DNA of 64,000 nucleotides. Origin: an uncultured Nanoarchaeota archaeon (GTDB taxonomy: Archaea; Nanobdellota; Nanobdellia; Pacearchaeales; GW2011-AR1). Each line of letters begins with the position of its first letter. Position 1 is the stretch's first letter. The notes under the pieces were generated by a model. That model did not search any database. It was not told the origin of the DNA and saw only the letters and a program-made list of their open reading frames with translations. A program made the position numbers and the translations under genes. The DNA lies in the NCBI GenBank assembly GCA_963743615.1, contig CAVUQF010000002.1, positions 129,697-193,696 on the forward strand. Reading direction: 5' to 3'. Shown in pieces: positions 49,388 through 59,990 of this stretch.

Positions 49388-49445
49388 ATTAGATTGAACA
49401 AAAATAGGTATTTAAGGATTATTGCCAAATTAAGTATATTAACAA

Positions 49446-50285
49446 TCAAAATCTTTCAAGTCTTATCTTCCCTTCTTGCCACTCTCTCAGTATATGTTTG
49501 GCGGTTCTTATCTCATCTACAACATTACTTTTTTTTAGATATTTGAGCTTTTTCCCAAGTGATTCAATCAAAAGCTCAGAATCTCCCTTTGCGTTGATAT
49601 TGTAATGCTTTTCAAGAAGATTTGGATACTCTTTCATTATACTATTTATCACAATATCAGGATCTCTTATTCTATTCCAATCAATTGCTCCAATCTGAGA
49701 GTGCCTTACAGTACTTTCTCGATTCATTAACAGCTTTTCTTCAAACTGGATTATCCCAGGAGTGTCAATGAGATAAATCCCTTTGGAAAGCCTTATTTTT
49801 TGTATTGATTTTGTAAATCCCGCAATGGAAGAGACTTTTGCGGATGGTTTTCCTATAAGTACGTTTATCAGAGAACTCTTGCCCGTATTGGGATATCCTA
49901 TAATTCCAACATTAACCGCATCTTTCTTTATTTTTTTTGCTTCTCTCTTGATGAAATTCCTCAGAATAGCAGTTCCCTTTCTCTCTTTTGATGAGAAGAA
50001 GATATGAGGATTAATATCTTTCAATTCTAACTGCCTTTCAACTTCCTGTTTGTTGACGAGATCAGATTTATTCAGAACAAAAATTATTCTTTTTCCCATA
50101 TCTGTTATCCTTTTTTCTATGTCTTTGTGTCTGGTTTTTTCAATAAATCTAGCATCAAGAATTTCTAGTATTATATCTGACTGTTCTATAATATTCTTAA
50201 TCATAAGGAGAATAGGCTCTTTATGCTTGTTAGTAGAATTGCTTTTTCCTCTTTGTTTCTTCGCCTTCCCGAGTGTATTTGCCAT
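49446..50285 (-). CDS. circularly permuted ribosome-biogenesis GTPase (RbgA/YlqF family)
   Basis: LDAR, NKSD preceding GYPNTGKSS, DTPG. Confidence 0.9.
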   Translation of the reverse strand: MANTLGKAKKQRGKSNSTNKHKEPILLMIKNIIEQSDIILEILDARFIEKTRHKDIEKRITDMGKRIIFVLNKSDLVNKQEVERQLELKDINPHIFFSSKERKGTAILRNFIKREAKKIKKDAVNVGIIGYPNTGKSSLINVLIGKPSAKVSSIAGFTKSIQKIRLSKGIYLIDTPGIIQFEEKLLMNRESTVRHSQIGAIDWNRIRDPDIVINSIMKEYPNLLEKHYNINAKGDSELLIESLGKKLKYLKKSNVVDEIRTAKHILREWQEGKIRLERF

Positions 50286-50307
50286 AGTTTATTATAGGAA
50301 TAATAGT

Positions 50308-51177
50308 TTAAAAATTAGAAGAACATGTTGCTCCGGAAGGACATCCGCAAATGGAACACTTATAAGAAAAATAATTAAGAGAATTTATTCCAAGAACAGT
50401 ATTGCAATAATATGGTTTATCTGGGGAACATTGATTAACAGGAGTTCCATCAGAACAGGTTGATGAAGATGAAGTTGACGAGGGAGTATTGGCAGTTGAA
50501 CCAGATGAAGGATTATTTCCTTCAGAAGACTGTGAATTTGTACATTGATAGGTAGCATTGCATGTCTGATCACCATCACAGCATGAAGAACCGCAAGCTG
50601 TCTGTCCAAGGCCCGTGCATACCGCAGGAAGGCAATATCCATTACTGCATCCATTAGGGCAAATATAAGTGCTCATATCAACATTCATACCCGAGCAGTA
50701 ATATTTATCCAGAGTTTTCCCATCAGAAAGACATGCATCTGTGCCAGAACCATAAGGTCCATTTACTGCCCCTCCGACATAATAGTTCAACGTACCGTCA
50801 GGCAAAGCAGGAACAGAAGCAGTGCACACATTAGAAACAATTGCGAAAGTGGAATTAACCCAGCCAGCATTTGAAGGATCCTGTGAAAAAACGGAAATCA
50901 GATAATTCCCAACGGGAAAAGAGTCTGAAGAAAAAGTGTAAGAATAAGTATTTGGCTTGCAAACATTGCTGCATCCTAAATCTAGATTTACATTAACAGG
51001 GGTGGTAGAGCCTTGTGGATAAAAATAAACATAGTTGTTATAGCTTGACAGACTGATAGTTATATTTGCTGAACTGCCCTCAACTATCGAAGAAGGAAGA
51101 CTTATTCCTGATGCAGAAATATAACCTAAGGAAATAATAAGGATCGTTCCAAGAAGAAATAATTTTGGATTTAGCAT
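50308..51177 (-). CDS. secreted Cys-rich protein
   Basis: Signal peptide; CPNGCSNGYC and CSDGTPVNQCS...PYYC modules. Confidence 0.7.
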   Translation of the reverse strand: MLNPKLFLLGTILIISLGYISASGISLPSSIVEGSSANITISLSSYNNYVYFYPQGSTTPVNVNLDLGCSNVCKPNTYSYTFSSDSFPVGNYLISVFSQDPSNAGWVNSTFAIVSNVCTASVPALPDGTLNYYVGGAVNGPYGSGTDACLSDGKTLDKYYCSGMNVDMSTYICPNGCSNGYCLPAVCTGLGQTACGSSCCDGDQTCNATYQCTNSQSSEGNNPSSGSTANTPSSTSSSSTCSDGTPVNQCSPDKPYYCNTVLGINSLNYFSYKCSICGCPSGATCSSNF

Positions 51178-51677
51178 AAGGTTATATCTCCTGCCTTAAT
51201 CACCTGCTCTTCTTCATAACAATTAACATTCTGACCGTTTAGTTCCACTTGAGGAGAAACATGAACTTCAGTTATTGGGCTGGTGTTTGATAAAAAGTCA
51301 GAAGTAAGCTGCTTTCCTCCAGGAATAGAAGGAGCTTCACTGTAAGGAATGGTTGAGATTATTGTTGAGTTCCCAGATTCTTCATCAACTACCAGCAAAA
51401 AGCTGGAAATGTTTTCGGACGCATCATTCTCCACGTCAAATCTGATACGAGTAGACCACTCTTGAGTATTGGTATTAACATTTGTTGTCAAAACGGTGCT
51501 ATAACAAAAATCAGCAGAAATGAACTGGGTACTGGAACAAATTTGCTCAGAAGATCCTTGTGTAGATGTCTTTGAAAGATAAGCTCTCGACCATACAAAA
51601 AATCCAACGCCGAGGAAGACAGTAAGGGCAACAAGAAGCAAAACTGCGATAACAGGATCAACACCTCTTTCATCCAT
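51171..51677 (-). CDS. archaeal type IV pilin-like protein
   Basis: ERG/VDPVIAVLLLVALTV class III signal. Confidence 0.8.
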   Translation of the reverse strand: MDERGVDPVIAVLLLVALTVFLGVGFFVWSRAYLSKTSTQGSSEQICSSTQFISADFCYSTVLTTNVNTNTQEWSTRIRFDVENDASENISSFLLVVDEESGNSTIISTIPYSEAPSIPGGKQLTSDFLSNTSPITEVHVSPQVELNGQNVNCYEEEQVIKAGDITLC

Positions 51678-51717
51678 GCGACAACTATAAGAAATTACTT
51701 TATAATCTTTTTTATAA

Positions 51718-54438
51718 TCAATCTGTTAAGGTTAGATTATCCAAATCAGCGTAAGTTCCATTTGGCTGTCTGAACTGAGGAAGATTAAGTATGTCCGAAG
51801 GATAAGTTGTCTTCCAGATTTTTAGTGGAGCAAGTAAATTTCCCTGGTAGTACAGGAAATCTCCCACATTAATTCCATGACTTCTCAATTCAGTTACGAT
51901 ATTATTTTCCTGAATGTTCGCAAGACTAAATGTTGTATACTGCTTATAAGGATCATTCATCAAGTATAATCTTGCATACAAAGTCTGCTGAACTTTTGGA
52001 GAAAGGTAAATTCCCGCACCAATTGGATCAACCTGAACCTGCCCGTTTTGTGAGACATTTAAGCTTGGAATAATCATAAAAGTAGCATTTATCCCACTTC
52101 CAAAATCTTCCATGGTGTTGTTATAATAAACATATCTCATTGGAAGAGCATACCTTTGATTATTGTAATAAAATACTGCCTGAGGCTGTTGAATCCCTAT
52201 GGAACCATTGGTTTGCAAATAAGTGATCGTTGCCCCAATTACATACGAACCATAACCAGACACCTGTCCGTTCGAGGAAGATGGTCCAGGCAAGAAAGTT
52301 CCCTGATAAACTATATCCTGATCAACAAATGTCTCGCCTGCATAGGCTCTTAATGTTCCGTTGCCGGTGTTATAATCTTGGCTAGGATCTGCAGCCATAA
52401 CTGTTGGGGAAGCAAGCCTGTCAATTCCAGATGCATCGCTTCCTATACTTGAAAATGCAGAATACTTTCCAAAATCAGTAAAATCAATCAGAAGATAAGA
52501 GACATTCTGGGATTTCATGAACGCGAATGCAGTATTTGGATTTGGTGTAGTAAGAACATATCTTCCCATCAAATGATCCCAATATGAATCATAATTACCT
52601 CCATCCAGCACCGTTGGTCTCAGCCCAATTGTCTGCAGAATATACCCATAATCCCACCAATGAAGGAAAACACTTCCAATAGGAGTATCATTTCTAACCC
52701 AAGCCATTGCATTTTCCCACTGATCATTCAATAAAGAACCAACTTGTGTTGCCTGCTGTGAAGAAAGCACATAGGAACCAGCACTCTGTGTCAAGGGATT
52801 TCCAGCCAGATAGACAAATGATAATAATAAAGCTATAATCAACAGCCCACCCGTGATATATACTCTTTCATGTCCTTTTGCCTTTTTAGTATATTCAGCA
52901 GTTTTCACAACCAGATACGCTCCTGCAAGAGCCATAAATGGAGCTAGCATAAATACTGTTCTTGCGGCTGCTCTAACAGTTACTAGCATAATCATCATAA
53001 AGCAGAAGATGAAAATCGTTGAATTATCAAGCTTATGCTTTCCCTTATAATACATCCACAACAAGCAAAAAACAAGAATTGCAAAACTTAGGAAGTAAAT
53101 TGATTGACTTAGGAAGCTTACTCCATTAAGAATAGTGCTCGATGGAGAATATCTGCTGTATAATATTCCTACAACTGCAGCAATTCCTGCAATAGATAGC
53201 CAGACTCTATGTTTGACAGACTTAATTCCCTTTGTCATCTCAATGCAAATTATCGCCGTGCCAAGAAGGAACAGCCAAAAGAAAGAAAGAAGTACCTGCG
53301 ACTGAACATCTGTGAGGTAAGGCTGTGCATAGTAAGCCACGGTCAAACCGACCCTGCTCGTTCCGATAGGATGCAACAGCGACTGATAAATACTTGATAT
53401 TAAACTAAAACCTCCTTTTCCTTCAGCAGTCAATCCTAAAAATCCAAGAACTACCGTTACCACCCCAGAAATAGCCAACCTGAACTTTGATTTCTCCACA
53501 GACTTAGAATAACCCAAAATGCTGTCAACAAGTATGAACAAGAATACAATAGGCACAAGAGCTCCAGCAGATCCTGAAAAGACGGTGATTAAATTAGAGG
53601 GGGTGGAATGAACCAGTAAAGTTCCAAGTATTGCGCTCACTACCCACACAAAATAAAACACAATCAGCTTAGATTTTAATTTTATCTCTTCTCCTTCAAT
53701 ATTAAAGAGGTAATACAGGAATAGTGCAAGAGGCAAAATAAGGAATATGAAATTTATTGTTCCTCCCCATGATGCAAAAGATACCGCAGTAAGTAATCCT
53801 ATAACAATACTCCAAATAACAGTTTGCTTCCAGTTTTTGTGGAATCCTTTCAATCCCAAGACAAACGTGAGGAAAACTGCAAACAGGAACATTATTCCAA
53901 GAGCTTCATGTCCAGATACTCCCGACATAGTTCTAAACAAATAGGCAGGAGAATAAGCTAAAAATGCGCTTGCAAGAATCGCGGCGGTCTTAGAATTCGT
54001 AAGTACATAAATCAGGAAAAAGAAAATTATCATTCCAATCAGAAAGGCATAAGCAGGATAAACTGCATCTACAAATTGATAAGTAATGTGGCTGTCAAAA
54101 GAGCTTACAAATTTGTACGCATCAACAACAACATAAACAAGAAGTTCATGGCTGTAAGTCACATTGAGAAAAGGATATCTCATGGTATCAATTCCGTTAA
54201 GATTACCTGTCTGAATAAGATGCCCTTCCAATCTTAGCCATAATAATGCATCAGGATCAGATAAAGTATAGTTGCCTGAAGTTGGATCTATAAGACCAGA
54301 AACATTTGAAAGCCTTATGCTTGTGGATGTAAAAAGAATAACAAGCAGAATTATCGCAGTTATAATCCATTGAACGTTCTTTTTGCTGAGAAATTTTTTT
54401 GATTTTTCATAAAAGTCCTTCGTCTGTTGGGAAACCAT
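51718..54438 (-). CDS. aglB: oligosaccharyltransferase AglB/STT3
   Basis: About 13 TM; WWDYG, DGGN, DFGK. Confidence 0.93.
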   Translation of the reverse strand: MVSQQTKDFYEKSKKFLSKKNVQWIITAIILLVILFTSTSIRLSNVSGLIDPTSGNYTLSDPDALLWLRLEGHLIQTGNLNGIDTMRYPFLNVTYSHELLVYVVVDAYKFVSSFDSHITYQFVDAVYPAYAFLIGMIIFFFLIYVLTNSKTAAILASAFLAYSPAYLFRTMSGVSGHEALGIMFLFAVFLTFVLGLKGFHKNWKQTVIWSIVIGLLTAVSFASWGGTINFIFLILPLALFLYYLFNIEGEEIKLKSKLIVFYFVWVVSAILGTLLVHSTPSNLITVFSGSAGALVPIVFLFILVDSILGYSKSVEKSKFRLAISGVVTVVLGFLGLTAEGKGGFSLISSIYQSLLHPIGTSRVGLTVAYYAQPYLTDVQSQVLLSFFWLFLLGTAIICIEMTKGIKSVKHRVWLSIAGIAAVVGILYSRYSPSSTILNGVSFLSQSIYFLSFAILVFCLLWMYYKGKHKLDNSTIFIFCFMMIMLVTVRAAARTVFMLAPFMALAGAYLVVKTAEYTKKAKGHERVYITGGLLIIALLLSFVYLAGNPLTQSAGSYVLSSQQATQVGSLLNDQWENAMAWVRNDTPIGSVFLHWWDYGYILQTIGLRPTVLDGGNYDSYWDHLMGRYVLTTPNPNTAFAFMKSQNVSYLLIDFTDFGKYSAFSSIGSDASGIDRLASPTVMAADPSQDYNTGNGTLRAYAGETFVDQDIVYQGTFLPGPSSSNGQVSGYGSYVIGATITYLQTNGSIGIQQPQAVFYYNNQRYALPMRYVYYNNTMEDFGSGINATFMIIPSLNVSQNGQVQVDPIGAGIYLSPKVQQTLYARLYLMNDPYKQYTTFSLANIQENNIVTELRSHGINVGDFLYYQGNLLAPLKIWKTTYPSDILNLPQFRQPNGTYADLDNLTLTD

Positions 54439-54488
54439 GAGACTTAATAGGAAATTAATTTAAAAATCTTCTGGATAACGAATGAACT

Positions 54489-55766
54489 TTATCTTCTTCT
54501 GAAATTTCTTCTTGGCTTATCTCTGCTATTTGGCCTAGATCTACTAAAACTTCTTTGTCCGCCTCTCCTTTGATGTCTTCCAGAATCTTCTCTTCTTGAG
54601 CCAGATCTGTCGCCTCTTGAAAAATTCCTTCCTCTAGACTCTGAAGTTGTTCCTATAAAATCAAACCTAGGGACTTTTTCGCAGCTGATCTTAAGGGAAG
54701 AATCTTTCAGAATATTCTTAAAATTCTCATAGTCCTTATTGGATAAAAGGCTTATAGCTTCCCCTTCCTCTCCTGCTCGTGCAGTCCTGCCAATTCTATG
54801 TATGTACTCATTGCTTGTAGCGGGAAGATCATAATTATAGACATGGCTTACATTTTTGATATCAAGACCTCTTGCTGCAACATCTGTGCAAACTAAAACA
54901 CTGGTTCTCTTTTCATGGAATTCTTTTAAGACTTTTATTCTTTTGTTCTGATCAAGCCCTCCATGGATTGCATTTGCATTGATGCCGTTCAGAACTAAGT
55001 TTTTAGCAATAAAATCAGTATTTCTTCTTGTGCTGCAGAAAACCATTACTGAATCTGCATTTTCTTCCTTCAATAGATGGAAAAGAAGGGAAAACTTATC
55101 TTTTGAATCAATATCATAATAAATCTGTCTTAATTTTGAGCTGTCAATGTAAGATTTAACTAATATTTTTGTAGCATCTTTCGTATACTTGCTTATAAAA
55201 TGGTTTATATCCTCTGAAATTGTAGCAGAAAACATCATTGTCTGTCTCTCTTTTGGGCAATCTTTCAGAATTTTTTCAATATCTCTATAAAAACCCATAT
55301 CAAACATCCTGTCAACCTCGTCCAACACAAGGACTTTCACGTTTTTTAGTGTTAGAGTTTTTCTTTGCATATGATCCAGAATCCTTCCGGGAGTCCCGAC
55401 AACCACATCTGTTAAGGCAAGTTTTCTTATTTGCGATTCAATATTTACTCCGCCATAAACAGCCAGAACATTCAAATTTGTATTTTTTGAAAACTTTCTT
55501 ATCATTACTGAAACCTGCTCAGCAAGTTCTCTTGTGGGAGTCAATATAAGCGCTTGAACTTTCCTTGTCGGTTTTAAATTTTCAATAATTGAAGCTGAAA
55601 ATGCCAGCGTCTTTCCGCTTCCCGTAGCAGAACCTCCGACAATATCTTTTCCGGCAAGTGCTAAGGGAATTGCCTTCTCCTGAATCTCTGATGGAGATTC
55701 AAATCCTTCTTCTTTAATGATATTAAGCAAATTTTTGCTTAATCCAAGCTCTTCAAATTTCTTCAT
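54489..55766 (-). CDS. DEAD-box RNA helicase (CshA/DeaD-like)
   Basis: ATGSGKT, PTRELA, DEVD, SAT, ARGLD, HRIGRTAR; Arg-rich tail. Confidence 0.93.
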   Translation of the reverse strand: MKKFEELGLSKNLLNIIKEEGFESPSEIQEKAIPLALAGKDIVGGSATGSGKTLAFSASIIENLKPTRKVQALILTPTRELAEQVSVMIRKFSKNTNLNVLAVYGGVNIESQIRKLALTDVVVGTPGRILDHMQRKTLTLKNVKVLVLDEVDRMFDMGFYRDIEKILKDCPKERQTMMFSATISEDINHFISKYTKDATKILVKSYIDSSKLRQIYYDIDSKDKFSLLFHLLKEENADSVMVFCSTRRNTDFIAKNLVLNGINANAIHGGLDQNKRIKVLKEFHEKRTSVLVCTDVAARGLDIKNVSHVYNYDLPATSNEYIHRIGRTARAGEEGEAISLLSNKDYENFKNILKDSSLKISCEKVPRFDFIGTTSESRGRNFSRGDRSGSRREDSGRHQRRGGQRSFSRSRPNSRDKPRRNFRRR

Positions 55767-55800
55767 TTTTACAATTTATTTGTTATCTGCAAGAATTCTA

Positions 55801-55836
55801 TCTTGAGTTAAAAGTCCTTTAGAACTAAGCCCAAGA
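55801..55836 (-). promoter_or_regulatory. hairpin in the 5' leader of the DEAD-box helicase
   Basis: UCUUGGG/CUCAAGA and AGUUC/GGACU stems; the G-U pairs form only on the minus strand. Confidence 0.45.
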
Positions 55837-55944
55837 ACTTACCAAACATGTAAGCCTAACTATTTTGATTTATAAAGGTATGTTATTCAAAAAGACCCGA
55901 AATTAGTCTGTGGACTTAAGCTGCATAATCTTTATTATTCCAAA

Positions 55945-57114
55945 ATGCTAGCTGATACTATGTCAATAGTGGACTTTTTCAGGCGCAAAAGAAAGGCAGA
56001 GGAAACAACACAAAAAAAGTACACCCTAAAAGATCTTCCTTCTTTAATTGAAGAGGAAACCAAAATTCTTAATGACAAATCTGAAAGACTTAAAAATGAA
56101 CTGAAAAACATGATTCGCCAGATATCTTCAGAAATAAAGCAAAAAATTCCCAAACTGAAGGAACTTAGCCTTGATAAAAGGAAGGGGGAAGATCGGCTGA
56201 AGGAGATTGTTACCACAAGTCTTTATGATTATATTTCTTATCTTGAAAGACTAGTCGAAGATTTAGATAAAATAGAACCAATGGAAACAAGGCAGTATAT
56301 CAAAGAAGTGCAGTCCATTTTTAATCGTTTCAAGAAAAATTCAAGCATGATTTATGAAAGGGCAACCATTTTAATCGGGAAAGATCTTGCAGAAGTCCGT
56401 AATGTGATTGATGATTTTGCGAAAGAGTTTAATGAGAAACTGGCATTAAACAAGGAAAATTTTGAAAGAATGAATTTTATTAAAACTATCCAAGACAATT
56501 TGAATAAGCTAGAAGAGACAAAAGAAACACAAAGGCAAATTGAAGAATTTATAAGTGATTTTGAAAGGAAAATCGCCAAAATTGAAGAAGAAAAAGGGTT
56601 ATTTGAGAAAAAATATGAAGAATATCAAAAAAGTGACGAGTCAAAAAAATTTATTGAAGAGCAAAAAAAGATAGAACAAGAAAATAATGTTATAAACGAA
56701 GAAATAAAAAAATTTAAGCAAACTATTAACTTTAAGGATTTAGCAAAATATTTTCATGAAGACAAGAAAAAAAACAAGATAATAAAAGATTATTCTGATA
56801 ATTTTCAGAATTCCTTAAAGCAGGACAGCAACTTTAACATTATTGATATTTTGAAGGAAGCAAATCAGGATATAAGTAAAGAAAAAATAAGTGAATTAAG
56901 ACAAAAAGTTTTAGAAGAAAAAATCTTGAGTCTGGATAAAAAATTGAGGGAATTTGAAGAAAAAATAACTAAACTGGATCACGAATCAAAATATGAAAGA
57001 GAAGAGCTAGAACATGAAAAAGCTAAGGGACAAAAGTTTGAGGAAGATCAAAGGCAGATTCTTAAAAAAATAATGGAAGAATCAAAAAAAATCTGGCAAG
57101 AAATTGAATTTTAA
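55945..57114 (+). CDS. long coiled-coil hypothetical protein
   Basis: K/E-rich heptads over ~380 aa. Confidence 0.75.
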   Translation: MLADTMSIVDFFRRKRKAEETTQKKYTLKDLPSLIEEETKILNDKSERLKNELKNMIRQISSEIKQKIPKLKELSLDKRKGEDRLKEIVTTSLYDYISYLERLVEDLDKIEPMETRQYIKEVQSIFNRFKKNSSMIYERATILIGKDLAEVRNVIDDFAKEFNEKLALNKENFERMNFIKTIQDNLNKLEETKETQRQIEEFISDFERKIAKIEEEKGLFEKKYEEYQKSDESKKFIEEQKKIEQENNVINEEIKKFKQTINFKDLAKYFHEDKKKNKIIKDYSDNFQNSLKQDSNFNIIDILKEANQDISKEKISELRQKVLEEKILSLDKKLREFEEKITKLDHESKYEREELEHEKAKGQKFEEDQRQILKKIMEESKKIWQEIEF

Positions 57115-57178
57115 CGCTATTTGACGTAAACATTTTAATCCATAAAGTTTAAAAAAAATTATTACTTGTAAGATTATC

Positions 57179-58327
57179 ATGAATAAGGAGGGTGGAGGAA
57201 TTGTTATCTTCTATATCTTAATTTTTATTATCATATTGGGAAATGTTGGGAATATTATAGCTGATCCAACAATAATAGGAACACCCTCAAGTATGAATAT
57301 TTCTGCAGTAAACTCCTCTGGAACTAGAGTAACTTATCCATTACCAACTGCAACGGACAGTGCCGACATTACAGATCCTGTAGTTTGTATTCCAGTGTCA
57401 GGCTCAATATTTCCCATAAGAACTACATTCGTAACCTGTACTTCCCAAGATAGTAACAACGAAATAAATACTACCAAATTTTATGTAAACGTCACCGCCC
57501 CTACAACTCCTCCAATAATATCTGGAGTGCCAACAATATCACAGCAAGCTACATCTCCATCTGGGGCAGTTACAATTTATAGCTTACCAAATGCAACAGA
57601 TGTTTTTGGAAATCATGCTGCTGTTTCTTGTAATCCCCTATCTGGTTCATTATTTCCAATAGGAACAACAGGTGTAAATTGCACCGCAACAGATGTTTAT
57701 GGCAATAAAGCCACGACTTTGTTATATGTAGTCGTTGAAGCTCCAAAGAATCTTCCAAAGATATCTAGAGTCCCAGCAACTATCACAAAACAGGCTGCTT
57801 CATCTTCGGGGATATCAGTAGTTTATCCCTCCCCTACTGCAATTGATTTATATGGTAATAGCGTTGGTGTTTCATGCAATCCTCCATCTAGTTCAATATT
57901 CCATATAGGTGCAACAAATGTAAATTGCATCGCAATAGACTCTTACGGGAATGAGGTCACATCCTCATTTGACGTCATAATCACCGTTCCTAGAATTCTC
58001 CCAACAATAATAGGAACACCTTCAGATATAACTCAAACCGCAACAAATTCATCTGGTAATGTTATTATATATACAAATCCAACCGCGACGAACGAATTTG
58101 GAGCATCAATTCCCATAAGTTGTAGTCCCAAATCAGGATCACTCTTCCCGATTGGAACATCTGAAGTAACCTGCATGACAGAAGATTCTTATGGAAATAT
58201 CGCAATTTCACATTTTAGTATAATCATCGAAACAAAACTCGCAGAAATTTTAGAATTCTCTGGGATTGTTATAGTTCTTGTGTCAATAGTTATAATTATT
58301 GTATCAAAGAAAAGAAAATCTAAATAA
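57179..58327 (+). CDS. HYR-domain surface protein (4 repeats)
   Basis: Four copies of PTATD...VSCNPxSGSxFPIGTTxVxC; TM at both ends. Confidence 0.88.
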   Translation: MNKEGGGIVIFYILIFIIILGNVGNIIADPTIIGTPSSMNISAVNSSGTRVTYPLPTATDSADITDPVVCIPVSGSIFPIRTTFVTCTSQDSNNEINTTKFYVNVTAPTTPPIISGVPTISQQATSPSGAVTIYSLPNATDVFGNHAAVSCNPLSGSLFPIGTTGVNCTATDVYGNKATTLLYVVVEAPKNLPKISRVPATITKQAASSSGISVVYPSPTAIDLYGNSVGVSCNPPSSSIFHIGATNVNCIAIDSYGNEVTSSFDVIITVPRILPTIIGTPSDITQTATNSSGNVIIYTNPTATNEFGASIPISCSPKSGSLFPIGTSEVTCMTEDSYGNIAISHFSIIIETKLAEILEFSGIVIVLVSIVIIIVSKKRKSK

Positions 58328-59303
58328 TCTTTATACCTTTTAAGATCTCTTTAGCGTCTTTATATCCCATAGATATTGCCTTCTTTGCTTTGTCTGAAGA
58401 AAAATCTAAAACTCCAATAGGTAGTTTCTCTTTTGGATTAATTTCAATAATATTTAACCCCTCATAATTTTTATACTCATCGTATAACTTCTTTATCTTC
58501 TTAGTTCTTTTCTTAGAAAGTAGATTTGGGGGGAAGATTTTTGTCTTAAGTAGCTCCTTTAGCACATTTGCCAGTCTTATTTTTTCTCTTATTCCATTTA
58601 TCTCACTTAAATAAGAAGCGGTAAAAATAGTTTCAAGAACTCTCATCCCTGTATGAAATATACTTTTAGATTCAGAGCTCTCCGTTTCAGGAACGTTCAA
58701 AGAAACAGTAAAAAAAGTCTTGCACAATCCGGATTTAATTGCCTCATTTAATGGGAAATTATTTACAAAGCCACCGTCAACTAAGGGATTTGCTATTTCA
58801 TTCTTTTTTAACCCTCCAGATAATTTGTGAGAAGGAAAAATAATAGGAATTGAACAGGAAGACATTAAAGAGTGTATAATCTGCTCATAATCTTTAAAGT
58901 CTTTATTGACTATCTCTCGCTTGCTCTTGAGATCACATGAAATAACAATTAACTTTATTGAAGAATCGATTATCTTTTTGGCTGATTTTTTATCTATTTC
59001 CTCACGCACCAAGTTTTCTAAAGGAGAATTATTAAATAAAGCGCCTCTACCAAAAATATTCTGACTGAAACTTAAAACTCTCTTTGGGCTAATACTCTCC
59101 CAAAGTTCAGTGATTCTACTAATCTTCCCTGCTGCTATTAAAGATGCATTTAATGCCCCCACAGAAGTTCCTGCCGCAAGCTTAAAGGTTACGCCCGCTT
59201 CATTAAGCGCTTTTATAACGCCTGCTTCATAGGCTCCGCCAGTTCCACCTCCTGAAAGAACAATACCAAATCCTTCTTCAGAGTCCAAAGTTATTTCGGT
59301 CAT
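58320..59303 (-). CDS. patatin-like phospholipase
   Basis: LSGGGTGG, GTSVG, DGG. Confidence 0.9.
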   Translation of the reverse strand: MTEITLDSEEGFGIVLSGGGTGGAYEAGVIKALNEAGVTFKLAAGTSVGALNASLIAAGKISRITELWESISPKRVLSFSQNIFGRGALFNNSPLENLVREEIDKKSAKKIIDSSIKLIVISCDLKSKREIVNKDFKDYEQIIHSLMSSCSIPIIFPSHKLSGGLKKNEIANPLVDGGFVNNFPLNEAIKSGLCKTFFTVSLNVPETESSESKSIFHTGMRVLETIFTASYLSEINGIREKIRLANVLKELLKTKIFPPNLLSKKRTKKIKKLYDEYKNYEGLNIIEINPKEKLPIGVLDFSSDKAKKAISMGYKDAKEILKGIKII

Positions 59304-59363
59304 AGTATTATATCAATACCAAATTATTTAAGAGTTGTTATTGCTGGAGATAAAGATAATTAA

Positions 59364-59924
59364 TCAAATTTTATCTTTTGTTATCAATCTTTTCGGGAGA
59401 TGAGAGAAATTATTCATGTATTCCATATTCCAGTTATTATATCGTTTGCTCCATAACATACTATGTATCCCCGCATTATGTTGTCTGAAACGGAGTAATT
59501 GCCTTCCCAACGGAATTTGCAGAAGATAACCTACAATTATCTTATTCGTAATTCCGTGAGCAACGATTAGAATTGTCTGATCTTTTTCCTTATCTTGAGA
59601 GATTTTGTCTAGCAGCTTTCTTAATCTCCTTAATCTTCCATTAAACAAGATTTTTAGTCTTGACCTTAAATTCTCACTAGGATATTCATTTAGCTCATCA
59701 AAGGATTCTTTAATTGAAACTTTGATTATTTTAGAAATAATTTCTCCCGTTTGCTTGGCTCTTAATAAATTACTTGTAAAGATCATAGAAATATTCTCTT
59801 TTTTTAGGCTATTTCCAAGATATTTTGCTTGCAGCCTTCCCTTCTTTGTCAGCGCAGAGTCCTCATCTTCACTTATTCCTACATTATTCTCAGATTCACC
59901 ATGCCTTGCAAAGATAATCTTCAT
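59364..59924 (-). CDS. histidine phosphatase family protein
   Basis: RHGES, SNLLRAKQT, LNE, VAHG. Confidence 0.9.
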   Translation of the reverse strand: MKIIFARHGESENNVGISEDEDSALTKKGRLQAKYLGNSLKKENISMIFTSNLLRAKQTGEIISKIIKVSIKESFDELNEYPSENLRSRLKILFNGRLRRLRKLLDKISQDKEKDQTILIVAHGITNKIIVGYLLQIPLGRQLLRFRQHNAGIHSMLWSKRYNNWNMEYMNNFSHLPKRLITKDKI

Positions 59925-59990
59925 TGTAGCATAATCTAAAGATTATTATTAAATATTTGCAAAAATTATTAGCGGAACAAACAATTTATT

